Shown piece by piece: positions 7,661 through 18,635 of a stretch of 38,281 nucleotides of DNA. The stretch is from the UHGV virus genome UHGV-0173928; one strand, 5' to 3'. Within the stretch, counting starts at the first letter, position 1. Each line of letters opens with the position of its first letter. The translations under genes and the position numbers were made by a program. This stretch comes from a virus. The notes under the pieces are model-generated. The model was not told the DNA's origin. It saw nothing but the letters and a program-made list of their open reading frames with translations, and made no database searches.

Positions 7661-9145
7661 TTATTCATTAAGCCATGCCAGAGCTTCATCAACCTGCGCT
7701 TCGTCTTCGACGCTAAGCACTTCATCCTGGGGAACATAATCAGCCAGCATAGCGAAACAATATGTATCCCAATGGTCTGGTGAGTGCAGGTTGAGTTTTT
7801 TCTTCATATCCTCCTTACTCATCACTTTCCATTGACCCGCGGAGTTAATCCCTACAGGGATTTTCGACGCTTCCTCAATAGTTTCATTACCCTTATCCAG
7901 TCTCATACGACCAGATTTTACGGCCTCTGCGGCTTGAACGTTGGCATAAGCACGTTTATCAAAGTACAGGCTCTTATCTTCACGGCTATGCATCTTTTTA
8001 CCCCAGCGTATACGCTGTACGGTAATACCATAATACTCGTACATCAGATCCGCCGTTGCTTTACCCAGGCCATCGCCGTCTATCGCTATGGTGATATTTG
8101 GGAATCGCTCAGGATTACATTCTGCGAAAATTTTGGCGGCAAGCTGCGTTTCTGTAACGTCTGTGTATTCCAGCATTCGATAGTTGATTACACGGCGTTT
8201 ATTTCGCTGGCCGGACACCATCATGATATTGATAACGGACTTATCCCGTCCCGTACCACCAGCAACGTCCACACATGCAAGCCAGCCCCATCCTTTTGCA
8301 ATCTTGACTTTCCGCCGCGTTGCACGTTCAACCTCATCACGTCCAAGAAGGAAGCCATCCTGTGATTTAGGGAATAGGCCGCGTACCTTAATCATGTACA
8401 TAGGGTTATCACGCCCGCCGTACTCCGCCAGCTTCATTTTGATAAATGCTGGCGTTACCAGCGGTGATTCCTCACTGTTAAGCGTGATCGCCGTATAAAC
8501 GCCATCAGGGTTACCAGGACGCTTGGCCAGTTTATGGTGTGTATCGTAGAAATAGCCGCTTGGGCGTGTAGGCTGTGACAGTAATAAGATGCGGTTATCC
8601 TGTCCGGTAAGAGCACCGGTGATGATACCGAAAGCTCTATCACTGACACCGGAGGCTTCATCGATAATATACAGAAGATGATCTGCGTGTTCACCGGCGA
8701 GAGCTTCTTCACTTCCCAGACGAAAGCCCTTCGGTACTACAGTCCATACACCTTTACCTGTAACCTCATAGAAAGCGGTTTCTGTCAGAACAAAATAATC
8801 AGCAAGCCATGGGAAACGGCTGGTGGCAGTAGCCCAGTTTATCTTGATGTACTTGAATATACCGGTCATTACCTGCTGAATTTTGTTCGCAACGATAATG
8901 GCACGGGCACCTGGATACATGATTATGAACAACATGATCATGATAGAAGTCATGTCTGATTTCCCGGTACCGTGACCAGACGAAACAGATGTCTTGCTAC
9001 CCTGTTCCTGCACAGACTCAATAATCAGATCCTGCTGCCAGGTAGGTGTTTTGCCGAACAAAACATCAGCGGCAGCAATCCAGTCATAACGATATAGCGC
9101 CACCAGCTCGCGCCAACGTGGATCCGTTACGCAACTTCTGGCCAT
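7661..9145 (-). CDS. pacB: PacB, terminase large subunit
   Basis: 494-aa ORF translationally coupled to pacA (shared ATGA at 9145); size and position match P1 PacB; ATPase/nuclease-like composition. Confidence 0.88.
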   Translation of the reverse strand: MARSCVTDPRWRELVALYRYDWIAAADVLFGKTPTWQQDLIIESVQEQGSKTSVSSGHGTGKSDMTSIMIMLFIIMYPGARAIIVANKIQQVMTGIFKYIKINWATATSRFPWLADYFVLTETAFYEVTGKGVWTVVPKGFRLGSEEALAGEHADHLLYIIDEASGVSDRAFGIITGALTGQDNRILLLSQPTRPSGYFYDTHHKLAKRPGNPDGVYTAITLNSEESPLVTPAFIKMKLAEYGGRDNPMYMIKVRGLFPKSQDGFLLGRDEVERATRRKVKIAKGWGWLACVDVAGGTGRDKSVINIMMVSGQRNKRRVINYRMLEYTDVTETQLAAKIFAECNPERFPNITIAIDGDGLGKATADLMYEYYGITVQRIRWGKKMHSREDKSLYFDKRAYANVQAAEAVKSGRMRLDKGNETIEEASKIPVGINSAGQWKVMSKEDMKKKLNLHSPDHWDTYCFAMLADYVPQDEVLSVEDEAQVDEALAWLNE

Positions 9146-10338
9146 TAATCATCATCCCCGTATAGCTTGCGGGTAACTTCTTCGTCTTCCTCCTCGTCTT
9201 CGTCCAGGTCTTGTTCCAGCCATGGGTCGTTTGATACACCTTCAGTATCAACATCTCCATAACCGCCTGTATCAACGATATCGGCGATTTCTTCCCTACG
9301 CTGCTCAATCCACAATGCGGCATCGGCGCGGCGGTTGGCGGCCCGTTCTCGCGCAACTTTGTCCAGATCTTCAAGAGAAGGGCCACCGACGGCTGTTTGC
9401 CTTTCCTCATCATCGGTATTGGTCTTAGGAGCACGCAGATCGGCTTTGATTTGCTCCAGCATCAGGGGCGGTACTTTCCCTCCATGCGCCTCGATGAATT
9501 CAGCTGCCTCCAGCACTGACCAGTTGTTTTCACGCTTTCGTTCGTATGCCAGCTTAACAATGCCAGCTTGCCCCATAGACAAAGCGTGCTTTTCCGCCTC
9601 CCGGCTTTCTTTTCGATAGTTATTCCGGATGCTGTAAATGGTGTTGATCAGGCTGCTTATCTGCGCGGAACAGCTGTTTAGCATGCTCGCGATACGGTAT
9701 TCAGGCGGAGTTCCTTCATCATCGTCTTTTTGCTGATCGCGCATTTCCTGAACCAAGCGAATACACGTATCCCTGGCGTTCTCCAGCATAAGGAGATGAG
9801 AGAGAGACTTTTCCAGAAGAGTGGTTTCCAGAACATCAGCCCCGGACCGACGCAACATAGCGCGCGCGGCCTTCCGCGCTTCAACGTTATCTATCAGGTA
9901 ATCGCCAGCTTCGAATTCAAAGCGTTCACCATCATCATCCAGGGTGTCGCGTTCCAGGCGATCACGTAAGGTCCGGTGGGCGCGGGTGATCACGTCATGA
10001 TCATCAGAACGATCATTTATGCGCTTATTCTGGCGCTTCGCGTTCTCGACTGCGGCACTGACAACAGCATTAACTCTTTGTTTTTCAGTCATTTCAGCCA
10101 CAATGTGATCACCTGCACGTTGATCATTAGCGTGATCAATGATCATGCTTTTTAGTGGTTTTCTGACAGGCTTATTTGGCTTACGGCTGTCCGCTGTTCC
10201 GGTGTCTTCTTTGAATGCACGGAGATAACGACGTGCGGTGTTTGGGTTGAGATTAAACTCGGCGGCATATTGTGCGATGGTGTAACCACCATCTCGCGCC
10301 AGGCGAGCAAAATTCTTCTTGTGATCGTCCCAGGTCAC
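9145..10338 (-). CDS. pacA: PacA, terminase small subunit / pac recognition
   Basis: 397-aa ORF containing the pac hexamer cluster in its 5' portion, as in P1 pacA. Confidence 0.88.
   Translation of the reverse strand: MTWDDHKKNFARLARDGGYTIAQYAAEFNLNPNTARRYLRAFKEDTGTADSRKPNKPVRKPLKSMIIDHANDQRAGDHIVAEMTEKQRVNAVVSAAVENAKRQNKRINDRSDDHDVITRAHRTLRDRLERDTLDDDGERFEFEAGDYLIDNVEARKAARAMLRRSGADVLETTLLEKSLSHLLMLENARDTCIRLVQEMRDQQKDDDEGTPPEYRIASMLNSCSAQISSLINTIYSIRNNYRKESREAEKHALSMGQAGIVKLAYERKRENNWSVLEAAEFIEAHGGKVPPLMLEQIKADLRAPKTNTDDEERQTAVGGPSLEDLDKVARERAANRRADAALWIEQRREEIADIVDTGGYGDVDTEGVSNDPWLEQDLDEDEEEDEEVTRKLYGDDD
9987..10145. other. pac packaging site with 3 + 4 TGATCA hexamer elements
   Basis: TGATCA at 9987, 9998 and 10010 (cGATCA) on one side and at 10106, 10121, 10133 and 10140 on the other; each contains a Dam GATC site. 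Confidence 0.85.
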
Positions 10339-10424
10339 TTATGCTTCCTTTCGTATAAAACTCTTTTTGACGCGAGGGTAACGAAAGTCACATGTCAAAA
10401 GGCCCGGAACGGGCAAGCAATCAA

Positions 10425-10877
10425 TCAGATACGTGCGGATGTGGCATTACCGTAATGACGGTGCTGACGGACCACCTTATTGAAAAGTTGACGCGCCATC
10501 ACCCAAGGCTGGTGCTCCCGGCGTTCCTTTTCGTCCTGCGTCATATAGAGTTCGTTCTGGAGTTTTTCATCAAACCGGCGCGGAGCGCGGCTGCGGCGAA
10601 AGAATTCAGGATTCAGAGAGTGGATCTGAAATCTACGTGGGCGTGTACTGTCATCAATCAAAACAGACGAATACTTAGACACAGCGATAGCCTTTAAGCG
10701 CAGATAAACATCGCGCTTATCGACATCCAGATGCGGGTATTCCTTTTCAAGAATTGCTGCGAGTTCTTTCGCTGATAGAAGAGATTTAGTGCGGATCATG
10801 TAATCCGCAATCTCGTACGATGTTATTCGTGAGTGATTTATTTCCATGAAGTGGCGTCCCTGCCAGTTAAGTAACAT
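10425..10877 (-). CDS. lpa: Lpa-like late promoter activator
   Basis: 150-aa ORF adjacent to pacA as in P1; weak C1-operator-like sequence (10948-10963) upstream. Confidence 0.7.
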   Translation of the reverse strand: MLLNWQGRHFMEINHSRITSYEIADYMIRTKSLLSAKELAAILEKEYPHLDVDKRDVYLRLKAIAVSKYSSVLIDDSTRPRRFQIHSLNPEFFRRSRAPRRFDEKLQNELYMTQDEKERREHQPWVMARQLFNKVVRQHRHYGNATSARI

Positions 10878-10965
10878 CCTGTCACCTACTGATTAGCCCA
10901 TGTCAACTAATCAACGTCGAATATAATACTCTCGATTAAATAAATAGCAATACATTAGAGCAATT

Positions 10966-12009
10966 TTATCTAACGCTCGACGAATGACTTGTGATAGCGC
11001 CGACTCCAAGCGCGTAATCAAAGAACAATCGTTGATGCATCGCCAGCCTACCGTGCGTCTTCTCCCAATTATCGCGGTCACGCTCAATATCACGCTGGCA
11101 TGACTGGCACAGAGGAATAGCATAAATGTCATGCGCGCATAATCGACTATGACGAACGATATAAGGCGTAATGTGAGCGCCAGCTCCCGCAGCTCCACAG
11201 CCACAGCATGGACGGGAAGCCACAAAGTCCATGTACTCGGGCAATTTTAGCGATTGAAGTTTTGGTATCTTGAAATGCGCCATACCTGGGTCGGAGTCAA
11301 CATCCACAGGGCATACTTTTGCACGCATCGGCGCGGCGCGTTCTTCCATCATCTGAACATATGCTGTAGCGCGATCGTCATACGGGCGAATATCCGCCTC
11401 TTTCAGAGGTCCGCTATCCTGCGGAGTAGCCTTCATCTTATTTATTGATATGCGGCAGACTTCTTCCGGCATCAGGTGCATCATGTTGCGCATGAAAGCC
11501 CACCAGCACAGCTCCTGAATACTTAAATCATGGCTATTTGAAAGGCCCATTTCCTGACGGGCGACATCCAGTATCCAGTTAACGCGATTATTGTGCAGCG
11601 TTTCTTTCAGCTCATTAAAACCACGCATCCGGTAATGGTTATCGTGATGCCAGCACAACAACACCGCGCTATTGTCTCGTTCAGCGTGGACAATATGGTT
11701 GTCACACCAACTACGATCTGCGGCCTGGCATTGACCCTCTTTCCTACGCAACCACGCCACCAGCGCGTCAATTCCACCAATACGGCGAAACAGTTCATCG
11801 CTGTTAAAAAACGGCTGCAACGCCTCATTTGTTGCCATGGTTTGCTCGGTAACAACGAGGCCGTCTTCCATGTGCTCGATTAACTCACGCGGCACCGGCT
11901 CCATAATAAATTTACGGCCAGCCTCCACCAGCTTTCTGACCTCCTGATCCACTTTGAACGTGGCGAGGCCAAGCTCTTTCTGTACAAAGGGAGTAATTAC
12001 GGCTTTCAC
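10966..12009 (-). CDS. PdcB-like protein (post-doc gene B), Cys/His-rich
   Basis: 347-aa ORF downstream of doc; multiple CxxC/HxxH clusters; identity by synteny. Confidence 0.5.
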   Translation of the reverse strand: MKAVITPFVQKELGLATFKVDQEVRKLVEAGRKFIMEPVPRELIEHMEDGLVVTEQTMATNEALQPFFNSDELFRRIGGIDALVAWLRRKEGQCQAADRSWCDNHIVHAERDNSAVLLCWHHDNHYRMRGFNELKETLHNNRVNWILDVARQEMGLSNSHDLSIQELCWWAFMRNMMHLMPEEVCRISINKMKATPQDSGPLKEADIRPYDDRATAYVQMMEERAAPMRAKVCPVDVDSDPGMAHFKIPKLQSLKLPEYMDFVASRPCCGCGAAGAGAHITPYIVRHSRLCAHDIYAIPLCQSCQRDIERDRDNWEKTHGRLAMHQRLFFDYALGVGAITSHSSSVR

Positions 12010-12036
12010 ATCACACCTTTAATCACTGATTGGGCT

Positions 12037-12237
12037 TTATCTGCTGCCCGGCATTCTCTGTTTAAGCACAACCATTTCCTGACGGCATAACACAGCAATA
12101 GCGGTCCTGACTCCAATTTGCTTACCAACCAGGTATTGCTTTACCTTGCGGCGACTCACGCCATCAAGAAGCATCTTTAACGCTTCACGGGACAATTTGT
12201 TGTATTTGCGTGCCATTAATCTACTCCGCAGAACCAT
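12037..12237 (-). CDS. small basic protein (PdcA position)
   Basis: 66-codon ORF immediately after doc; internal Met ([16 protein letters not shown]) is a plausible true start. Confidence 0.35.
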
Positions 12238-12601
12238 ACAATCTACGTAACGTGTCGGCGACAGAAGATACAGATATCTCGCCAGTCGCAGCGCCTACAG
12301 TAAGGTCTGCCAGTTCAGGTGAATCAAATACCTGCACCCCGTTACGGCGTAGAAATAGCAGCGCGCTGTTTAGCGCGGTACGCTTATTGGCATCATTGAA
12401 TATATGCCCTCTCGCTGTAGCCACCAGGTAGGTGGCGGAGACTTCGAAAAGGTCGGTGATCTCTTCGTAGGCAACTCTGGCCTGAACTCTCCCGATAATG
12501 GCCTCTGCCCTACCCGGATCTGACATTCCCGGCAGGCCGCCGTAGCGGCTTATATTCGCATCATGAAGCGCAATAAGTTCTTCCGGTGATATATGCCTCA
12601 T
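12221..12601 (-). CDS. doc: Doc toxin (Fic-fold kinase, death on curing)
   Basis: 126-aa protein [22 protein letters not shown]... recognised as P1 Doc; start overlaps the phd stop. Confidence 0.95.
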
Positions 12602-12822
12602 TATCGGTTAACCAGTTCCTTGTTGGTGGAGTCCAGGGTGTCAAACAGGGATGCAAATTCAGCATCCAGCGCCGCTTTTTTGTAGGCTTCGAAAGTAGCC
12701 TTGCTGACAATTACTGCTGGCTCACGGCCTCTGCGGGTGATTTCAACCTCTTCCCCGGCTTCAACATTGTTGAGCACTTCAGAAAGGTTGCCACGCGCGG
12801 TACGGAAGTTAATGGATTGCAT
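12601..12822 (-). CDS. phd: Phd antitoxin (prevents host death)
   Basis: 73 aa from [50 protein letters not shown]..., recognised as P1 Phd; the ORF track extends 2 codons upstream to 12828. Confidence 0.95.
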
Positions 12823-12894
12823 AAACACCTCGTGTACTCGTTATGTGTACACAATTATAAACTTCACAGGCATAAAGCACCAGCACTTTGCAGC

Positions 12895-13284
12895 TTAAAT
12901 AACCGGACAATCATCAAATTCCCCACTTCGGGCATCATTGATGACATGAGTGATCACACCAAAAACAGCATTACTGCCCGTGTATCCATCGTCATCTACT
13001 GGTAACGCCTCTTTCTTCCCGGTGCTTAAATCCTCCAGGTGCTGGCGCGGATACTTCCTGTATCTCTTTATGCGATATTCACCCTCCATAGCGCACACAA
13101 GCAGAGAACCATCAACCGGAATAAGCGAGGAATCAACCACCAGCAAAGCACCCTGCAATATTCCCTCACGGTGATGGCTATCAGCTGCCCGCATGAAGTA
13201 GGTTGCTGATGGATGCCTGATTAGTTGCTGATCAAGAGAAATTCGGCTTTCAACATAATCCGCCGCAGGAGAAGGGAAGCCCAT
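12895..13284 (-). CDS. humD: HumD, UmuD'-like translesion synthesis accessory protein
   Basis: 129-aa S24/LexA-C-terminal-like protein; LexA box 20-40 bp upstream of its ATG. Confidence 0.85.
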   Translation of the reverse strand: MGFPSPAADYVESRISLDQQLIRHPSATYFMRAADSHHREGILQGALLVVDSSLIPVDGSLLVCAMEGEYRIKRYRKYPRQHLEDLSTGKKEALPVDDDGYTGSNAVFGVITHVINDARSGEFDDCPVI

Positions 13285-13303
13285 AGCGTTTTCACCTCAA
13301 TAA

Positions 13304-13323
13304 TACTGTTCATTTATACAGTA
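13304..13323. promoter_or_regulatory. LexA (SOS) box shared by divergent humD and the 13459 operon
   Basis: TACTGTTCATTTATACAGTA fits CTGT-N8-ACAG with flanking TA, located in the humD / 13459-gene divergent intergenic region. Confidence 0.75.
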
Positions 13324-13458
13324 TACATTAAAGAGACACCTTTGGTGCAAACGCGTTACGTACATCAACCACCGCTGATGATTTTGTGCTCTTTGCTACT
13401 ATTCATCACCAACGGATCAGCGTAACCTCGTTGCCAATCAGTTAATAAGGAATTAGCT

Positions 13459-14043
13459 ATGCCTAATCGCATTCCTCTCGATCCTGTATTGCCCAAAAAT
13501 TTTGACTGCACTCCTAACGAGAAACGCTCTAAAGCTCAGCTGGACGCCTGGTGGGACCATCCATATGGGGTTACACAACCTGACGGGAAAATTGTAGTTT
13601 ATTGTCTGAATGGTGGGGCGTGGGACCGTCCATCCGTGCTTTGTTTGGCAGATAACTATGATGAAGCCTGTGAACTTGCCGAAAGACAGCAGGCAAGCTG
13701 GGTAAAAACACGGTCTGAACCGACATTCATGTTTTCAAAAGAACCGCCATTTATACTGGCGAGGATGCCGCAGCGACCGGATCATCAACAAGAAATTGTT
13801 GCTGAATTTTCCTCTAGGGATGAGATGAATCTCTTCTCATTAAAGCAGGAAGAAAGGGATCGCGTCGAAGTGTCTCCAACTCTCGACCACAACCGGATGA
13901 ACCTGGCCCAACTCGCCTGGTACAGCAAAGAATTAGAGATGTCTATTGCCCGACTTGAAAACGAAAAAGCCGCTATCCAAGCCCAGCATGAAGTAGTTCT
14001 GAACCGGATTAGAGAAATGCAAAACGATAACAGGGGATTTTGA
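13459..14043 (+). CDS. hypothetical protein, likely LexA-regulated (possibly P1 lxr-like), coiled-coil C-terminus
   Basis: 194-aa ORF with ATG and AGGA-type RBS, divergent from humD across the LexA box; no catalytic motif recognised. Confidence 0.6.
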   Translation: MPNRIPLDPVLPKNFDCTPNEKRSKAQLDAWWDHPYGVTQPDGKIVVYCLNGGAWDRPSVLCLADNYDEACELAERQQASWVKTRSEPTFMFSKEPPFILARMPQRPDHQQEIVAEFSSRDEMNLFSLKQEERDRVEVSPTLDHNRMNLAQLAWYSKELEMSIARLENEKAAIQAQHEVVLNRIREMQNDNRGF

Positions 14044-14406
14044 ATGGCTAAAATCGAGTACCATCGCGATCGCGGTAATTACCTGGAAATATACGATCAT
14101 GAATCTCTTAACGATATCAACGATGCGTTATATGAATACTGTGAAAAAACGAGCATCACAGATGCACCTGATGCATTTGTCGAGCTACCGGTATATCTCC
14201 GCGACATCTATGCAATACGAACACCGCCCGTATCGGTGATCCACATTGGCTATGTCCGCCTGTCCATCGAAGAAGATGAAGATCGTTATATCGTGCGCCA
14301 CTATACATTGGACAGAAAAGAGCTTCCCAATGAATGGAACATGAGTAATTTCTACAACGGTGAATATGGCTTAAAACCCGCTAAGAATGGCGCGGGCATT
14401 GCGTAA
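14044..14406 (+). CDS. hypothetical acidic protein, second gene of the LexA-box cassette
   Basis: 120-aa ORF whose ATG overlaps the upstream stop (TGAATG coupling); no motif recognised. Confidence 0.55.
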   Translation: MAKIEYHRDRGNYLEIYDHESLNDINDALYEYCEKTSITDAPDAFVELPVYLRDIYAIRTPPVSVIHIGYVRLSIEEDEDRYIVRHYTLDRKELPNEWNMSNFYNGEYGLKPAKNGAGIA

Positions 14407-14417
14407 TAGCCTAACAA

Positions 14418-14669
14418 CTATTCTGTTTTCTGATATGCCGGATCGTTCCCTTTTGGCAACTGGAGGCTTAACTGCCGATAGTGCCGTAACCGTTCCATGA
14501 AATAGGTGCGCAGCTTCTCTGGTTGCTCGCGGGCTACCTGTTCAGCTATGACAGGTATGTTCAATCGCTCTTTGTACGCCACACCGCTGGCAGCCAGATC
14601 AACGTTAACCTTATCCCGTTCTTCCTGACTTTTAGCTGCAATATTCCAATCGTGCATATCAAATCCCAT
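14418..14669 (-). CDS. hot: Hot, homolog of DNA polymerase III theta subunit (HolE)
   Basis: 83-aa protein with ...[43 protein letters not shown]..., clearly similar to E. coli theta. Confidence 0.85.
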   Translation of the reverse strand: MGFDMHDWNIAAKSQEERDKVNVDLAASGVAYKERLNIPVIAEQVAREQPEKLRTYFMERLRHYRQLSLQLPKGNDPAYQKTE

Positions 14670-15105
14670 CCAGAATAATTGAGTAACGACTATTATTTAA
14701 CCAGCAAAGTAACTTTTAATTTTTTTTCTTCTCCCATTGATTTTTGTGCACAGCTTATCTGCCTTGCCGTGCGCAGAATCAACTTTTTTCTTCCTGATTT
14801 ATCCACAAAGTTATGCACTTGCAAGAGGGCCATTTTCTAAATATTGTGATGTTTCACAAATGAAATGAATTTTGATTAATGAAGATAAGGAGAAAATTTG
14901 AGATGCAATCATGACGTTAATAGATAGGGTCTGCATTACAGACCCCATCCGCATCAAGGAATTAGCCGTTCCCTGATGTTGTTCCGAAAACATGTGCCGT
15001 AAGCTCACGTTAACGACTTTCTTTCACCGAATCCAACTATATAGGGGTTGGGTTTCTACGTCAACGTGAGCAAGTGCTCCTTTACATTTGACAAGGAACC
15101 CCTTA

Positions 15106-15243
15106 ATGACTGCTTTTTTTCAGTTCCTGAGTGCATTTTTAGATGCGCCTGTTATTAGCCAGATTCTGGCGATCATCCTCATCATCGTTTTGATTTTGCT
15201 TTTAAGGTCAGTAAAAAATGGAATTATGCACTGGCTTACTTAA
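15106..15243 (+). CDS. 45-aa hydrophobic single-pass peptide (candidate small membrane toxin / holin-like protein)
   Basis: ATG preceded by AAGGAA; MTAFFQFLSAFLDAPVISQILAIILIIVLILLLRSVKNGIMHWLT; below the 60-aa ORF-track cutoff; 13-bp imperfect inverted repeat (15003-15015 / 15059-15071) in the leader. Confidence 0.35.
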   Translation: MTAFFQFLSAFLDAPVISQILAIILIIVLILLLRSVKNGIMHWLT

Positions 15244-15317
15244 TGTTCAGTGAAACATTAAAATCTCCTTGATGTGGAAACAATCATTTTCTGTATGTGC
15301 TGGTGGGTACCTGTAGT

Positions 15318-15680
15318 TCAGCTTTCGTTGGCATTTAACTTCGTCTTTGCTTTCTCCACCAGCAACTTCCAGATGCCTATTTCATTAGCAGCCGCCTTGA
15401 TGGCGGCATAAAAAGCATCTTGCTGATCGTAACGCTGAATCTGTTTTTTCAGTTTTGCCTCCACCAATTTAATTTCATTACGTGCTTTCTGAAGCCGCAG
15501 CGCCGCCCGGTTACGTCTGTTCTTGTATAGCGCGTTAATCTCTGACAATTGCTTTAATTTACCAGCCTGACTGCGGATTATCGCCTCTCTGACTTCTGCC
15601 GTGCGTCTCATCTGATCTCTTAAGAGTTCACCGTTTTCGATAATTCTTTCAAGGTGTTTGATGTGATCTGCAACTCTCAT
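15318..15680 (-). CDS. hypothetical coiled-coil protein (P1 pmg-region gene)
   Basis: 120-aa ORF, start overlaps the upstream gene stop. Confidence 0.5.
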   Translation of the reverse strand: MRVADHIKHLERIIENGELLRDQMRRTAEVREAIIRSQAGKLKQLSEINALYKNRRNRAALRLQKARNEIKLVEAKLKKQIQRYDQQDAFYAAIKAAANEIGIWKLLVEKAKTKLNANES

Positions 15681-16321
15681 ACTTCACCCTCGCTTGTATC
15701 GCCAGCATCCACCAGCGGCAATAAAGCCCTGGCCATCTTATGAACCAATAGTGCATCAATAATGCCAAGCGTATGCCCCGGCTTAATGTTTAATGCCGCC
15801 TCAAGGTGACACCTTTCCAAGCCACTTTTCTCGGCTTGTTTATGATGATCTGGCGTAATAACGTCGCCCAAAACACGGCTAATTCTTTCTCGTAATTGCT
15901 GGGTGCCCGCACACTTGATCGCTGTATCGTGGAGACGGTTAACCAGTTCGCGATAAACATGCGGTTTAATGCGGATACGTTCACCGGTGACGCCCTTTCC
16001 TGGCCCTGGCACCGAACTATCCGGAATATCCGGATAGTTGCCAGCCTCGTAAGCTACCCGCAGCCAGTGCATGAATGTTTCAGTGGACACACAACCACAG
16101 TCCACATCGATTTTCCCGCGTTGCTGTTCCAGCCACTGCTCAAAATTCAATCTACACGTATTACTTTCATGTTGCTCTTTTTGTCTCAAGGCCAGCATCT
16201 GCTGGGCTATTTCCAATACTTCATCTGCCGTATATCCAGCACCGTGACCATACATTTCGATACGGGAAATAATCTCTGATATACGCTCTTCAGTGATTCT
16301 GGTCATTTCTTTTTGCGCCAT
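15677..16321 (-). CDS. hypothetical protein
   Basis: 214-aa ORF in the same-strand gene train. Confidence 0.5.
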   Translation of the reverse strand: MAQKEMTRITEERISEIISRIEMYGHGAGYTADEVLEIAQQMLALRQKEQHESNTCRLNFEQWLEQQRGKIDVDCGCVSTETFMHWLRVAYEAGNYPDIPDSSVPGPGKGVTGERIRIKPHVYRELVNRLHDTAIKCAGTQQLRERISRVLGDVITPDHHKQAEKSGLERCHLEAALNIKPGHTLGIIDALLVHKMARALLPLVDAGDTSEGEV

Positions 16322-16677
16322 TTCTTTTCACATTCCTTAGTCCATTTTTCAATGTTCATTTTGGCAATATCAGTCATTCCATCACCTAAGAAATACTTTT
16401 TCCGGTATGTCTTGCACTTAAACCACACTACAACAGCCCCCAGCCAGAAAATAAAAGGCCATACAGCAATACCAACGACAGCCGCGATAAAGCCCAATAG
16501 CCATAAATGAAGCTCTCCAACTTCTGTTTCCGGCAATATTCTTAAAGAATTAAACAGCAGGCTGAACGAATGGTCGTATGCATTGGCAGTATAAGACATG
16601 CAATCCATATAATTAAAGTCATAGCCTGCGGCTGCCGCCCATAATGGGCGGTCAAGAAAATGTTTTAGTGTCATCAT
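16303..16677 (-). CDS. predicted membrane protein with lysine-rich C-terminus
   Basis: 124 aa with hydrophobic stretch LWLLGFIAAVVGIAVWPFIFWLGAVVVWF. Confidence 0.5.
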   Translation of the reverse strand: MMTLKHFLDRPLWAAAAGYDFNYMDCMSYTANAYDHSFSLLFNSLRILPETEVGELHLWLLGFIAAVVGIAVWPFIFWLGAVVVWFKCKTYRKKYFLGDGMTDIAKMNIEKWTKECEKKWRKKK

Positions 16678-16683
16678 ATAAAT

Positions 16684-17073
16684 TTAAGGTTCAGACCAGT
16701 TATCTTCAATAGCAATGCTTAATCTTTGTAGCCATTCTGCTAATTTCAGCATTGCTTCTCTTTCGCTTAAACCACGAGGAAAATCATCAAGCGAAATTGT
16801 TGGCTTGAAGCCCCCGTAATTATCCATTTCAACTGTCAGATTTTGTTCCAGCACGGTATTTCTTACGCGGCTATTGTGCCGGAGCAAATATACTGAGCGT
16901 GATTTATTGGTTTTGTGGTCTAGCTTATATTCGGTAAGTATCATCTGGCTTTTGCCATGATTATTACCTCTCCACATACTTACCTCACTTAATAAAACAA
17001 CTCCATGCGTAGTTGATGATTTTTTCCCACGTAATATAAATCTGCACTCCGGCAGTAAAACCAAAGCCAACAA
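16684..17073 (-). CDS. hypothetical protein
   Basis: 129-aa ORF; start uncertain. Confidence 0.4.
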   Translation of the reverse strand: MLALVLLPECRFILRGKKSSTTHGVVLLSEVSMWRGNNHGKSQMILTEYKLDHKTNKSRSVYLLRHNSRVRNTVLEQNLTVEMDNYGGFKPTISLDDFPRGLSEREAMLKLAEWLQRLSIAIEDNWSEP

Positions 17074-17371
17074 TTGCTGAAAAAATCAAAACATTTACTT
17101 TTGACATTATAAATTTTCTCTCGGTGTCGTAGGTGATAGCACCATAATTGATAATTTAGTGAGTTAGCAGTTCCATTTTTTGGATGATTTCCGCATGAGC
17201 ATCATCGTTATCAACACTTAACTCGTTTATCGTCCCATCAATATCTACTATGACGATGTACGGACGTTCCTGGTGTGCGTGTTTATTGAAAATACTCAAA
17301 TGCCCTCCTCATTGGACGAAAAAAATGCTGGTGGGAGCACTCCACCAGCATTAAAAGTGACACTGTAACTA

Positions 17372-18634
17372 TCAGCGAACGTAAATAGTGCCGCCGTTCT
17401 CTTTTTCCCATGCATCGCTACGTGCATAGCAAACATCGAGAAGTCTTCTTGCCGCAGTTTCCTCTAAACCCAATTCGACAACCAACTGCTCATGACGGCG
17501 GGTAACCACATCAAACAGGGTATGCAGCCCTTTAGTTGCCAGATCATCAATGAATTCCGGTTCGAACGGCAGCTCTGCATCTGCCAACATAACCTCTTGC
17601 GCCCACTCAACTCGACGGACCAATTCCGGGCGACGGCTTTCCATCTCTTTACAGATCAATTCATGGAAGAACTCTACCCAACCTTCCGGCTGGAACTCGC
17701 GGAAAATTGCCAACGGCTGGAAGTTTGGCATCAACCATTCGTTGATTCGGATATCAATGGCATAGCCCATGTCGCAGCAGAACTGATAAGCAAAGTCCAG
17801 CTTAGAAACGATATAAGGACGCTCGTTATTGAACTCTTTAGGCGATGAGATCCCATAAGCCAGGAGGCGCGGGAAGAAGGAGATTTGCCCTAACGTCGGA
17901 TGAAGTTTGCTTGCAGGGAAACGGCGCTCAGTAATGCCATACATTTCCTTCTTGAGCGTCGCAAATTTGGCATTCTCATTAACCAGCGCGGTAACCTCTG
18001 CTTTTTTATTAGCAAATGCCACGCGCGCCTCGCTTGCATCTTTAATAGTTTTTTTGAGCTGTTGGTTAAGGTCGGCGACCTGCTTACGCAGTTCCTGTCG
18101 CTCGCTTTTAGCTTTGTTATAGCGTTTCTCAAGGTTAAAAGGATCAAGTTTCATGATCTCTTTATATTGAGATTTTAGCGTTGAAATCTGTGAGTTCCGC
18201 AGTTCAACCATCGCGGTCATTTCATTGAGTTTTGTTTCCAGCTCAATGCTTATACGTTCGGCATTATCAGCACGCTGGTTGGCGTCATGCGTCGCATCGT
18301 CGATCGCGTCCTGTTGCTGGCGTTTCAAATGTTCAATTTCCAGCTGAAGCTCTTCAATTTCTTTACCCTTCAGACCGAGATCCAACTGCATATTTTCAGC
18401 TGCATCTACCAGGGAATTATGGCTATCAGCTTCTGCGTTATAAACATCAATAAGCTGTGCGTGAAGCATCTCCGCTGACTGAACCGCATTATCAAAAAAA
18501 CGTGCTGTGAGGTCATCACAACTAACGCGGCGTTGCGCGGCCCGGATGTTCTGGATAATGGCCGGGATACCGGCATTCAGGACATCAGGGATACATACAT
18601 TTTCGATTGATTGGTTTTGTGCTGAAGTGCTCAT
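17372..18634 (-). CDS. hypothetical protein with long central coiled coil
   Basis: 420-aa ORF; heptad-rich middle region (EELQLEIEHLKRQQQ...). Confidence 0.6.
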   Translation of the reverse strand: MSTSAQNQSIENVCIPDVLNAGIPAIIQNIRAAQRRVSCDDLTARFFDNAVQSAEMLHAQLIDVYNAEADSHNSLVDAAENMQLDLGLKGKEIEELQLEIEHLKRQQQDAIDDATHDANQRADNAERISIELETKLNEMTAMVELRNSQISTLKSQYKEIMKLDPFNLEKRYNKAKSERQELRKQVADLNQQLKKTIKDASEARVAFANKKAEVTALVNENAKFATLKKEMYGITERRFPASKLHPTLGQISFFPRLLAYGISSPKEFNNERPYIVSKLDFAYQFCCDMGYAIDIRINEWLMPNFQPLAIFREFQPEGWVEFFHELICKEMESRRPELVRRVEWAQEVMLADAELPFEPEFIDDLATKGLHTLFDVVTRRHEQLVVELGLEETAARRLLDVCYARSDAWEKENGGTIYVR

Positions 18635-18635
18635 T

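Noticed and set aside
14811-15008. 65-codon minus-strand ORF in the AT-rich intergenic region
   Set aside because: Low-complexity AT-rich translation with no RBS; the region looks regulatory rather than coding.
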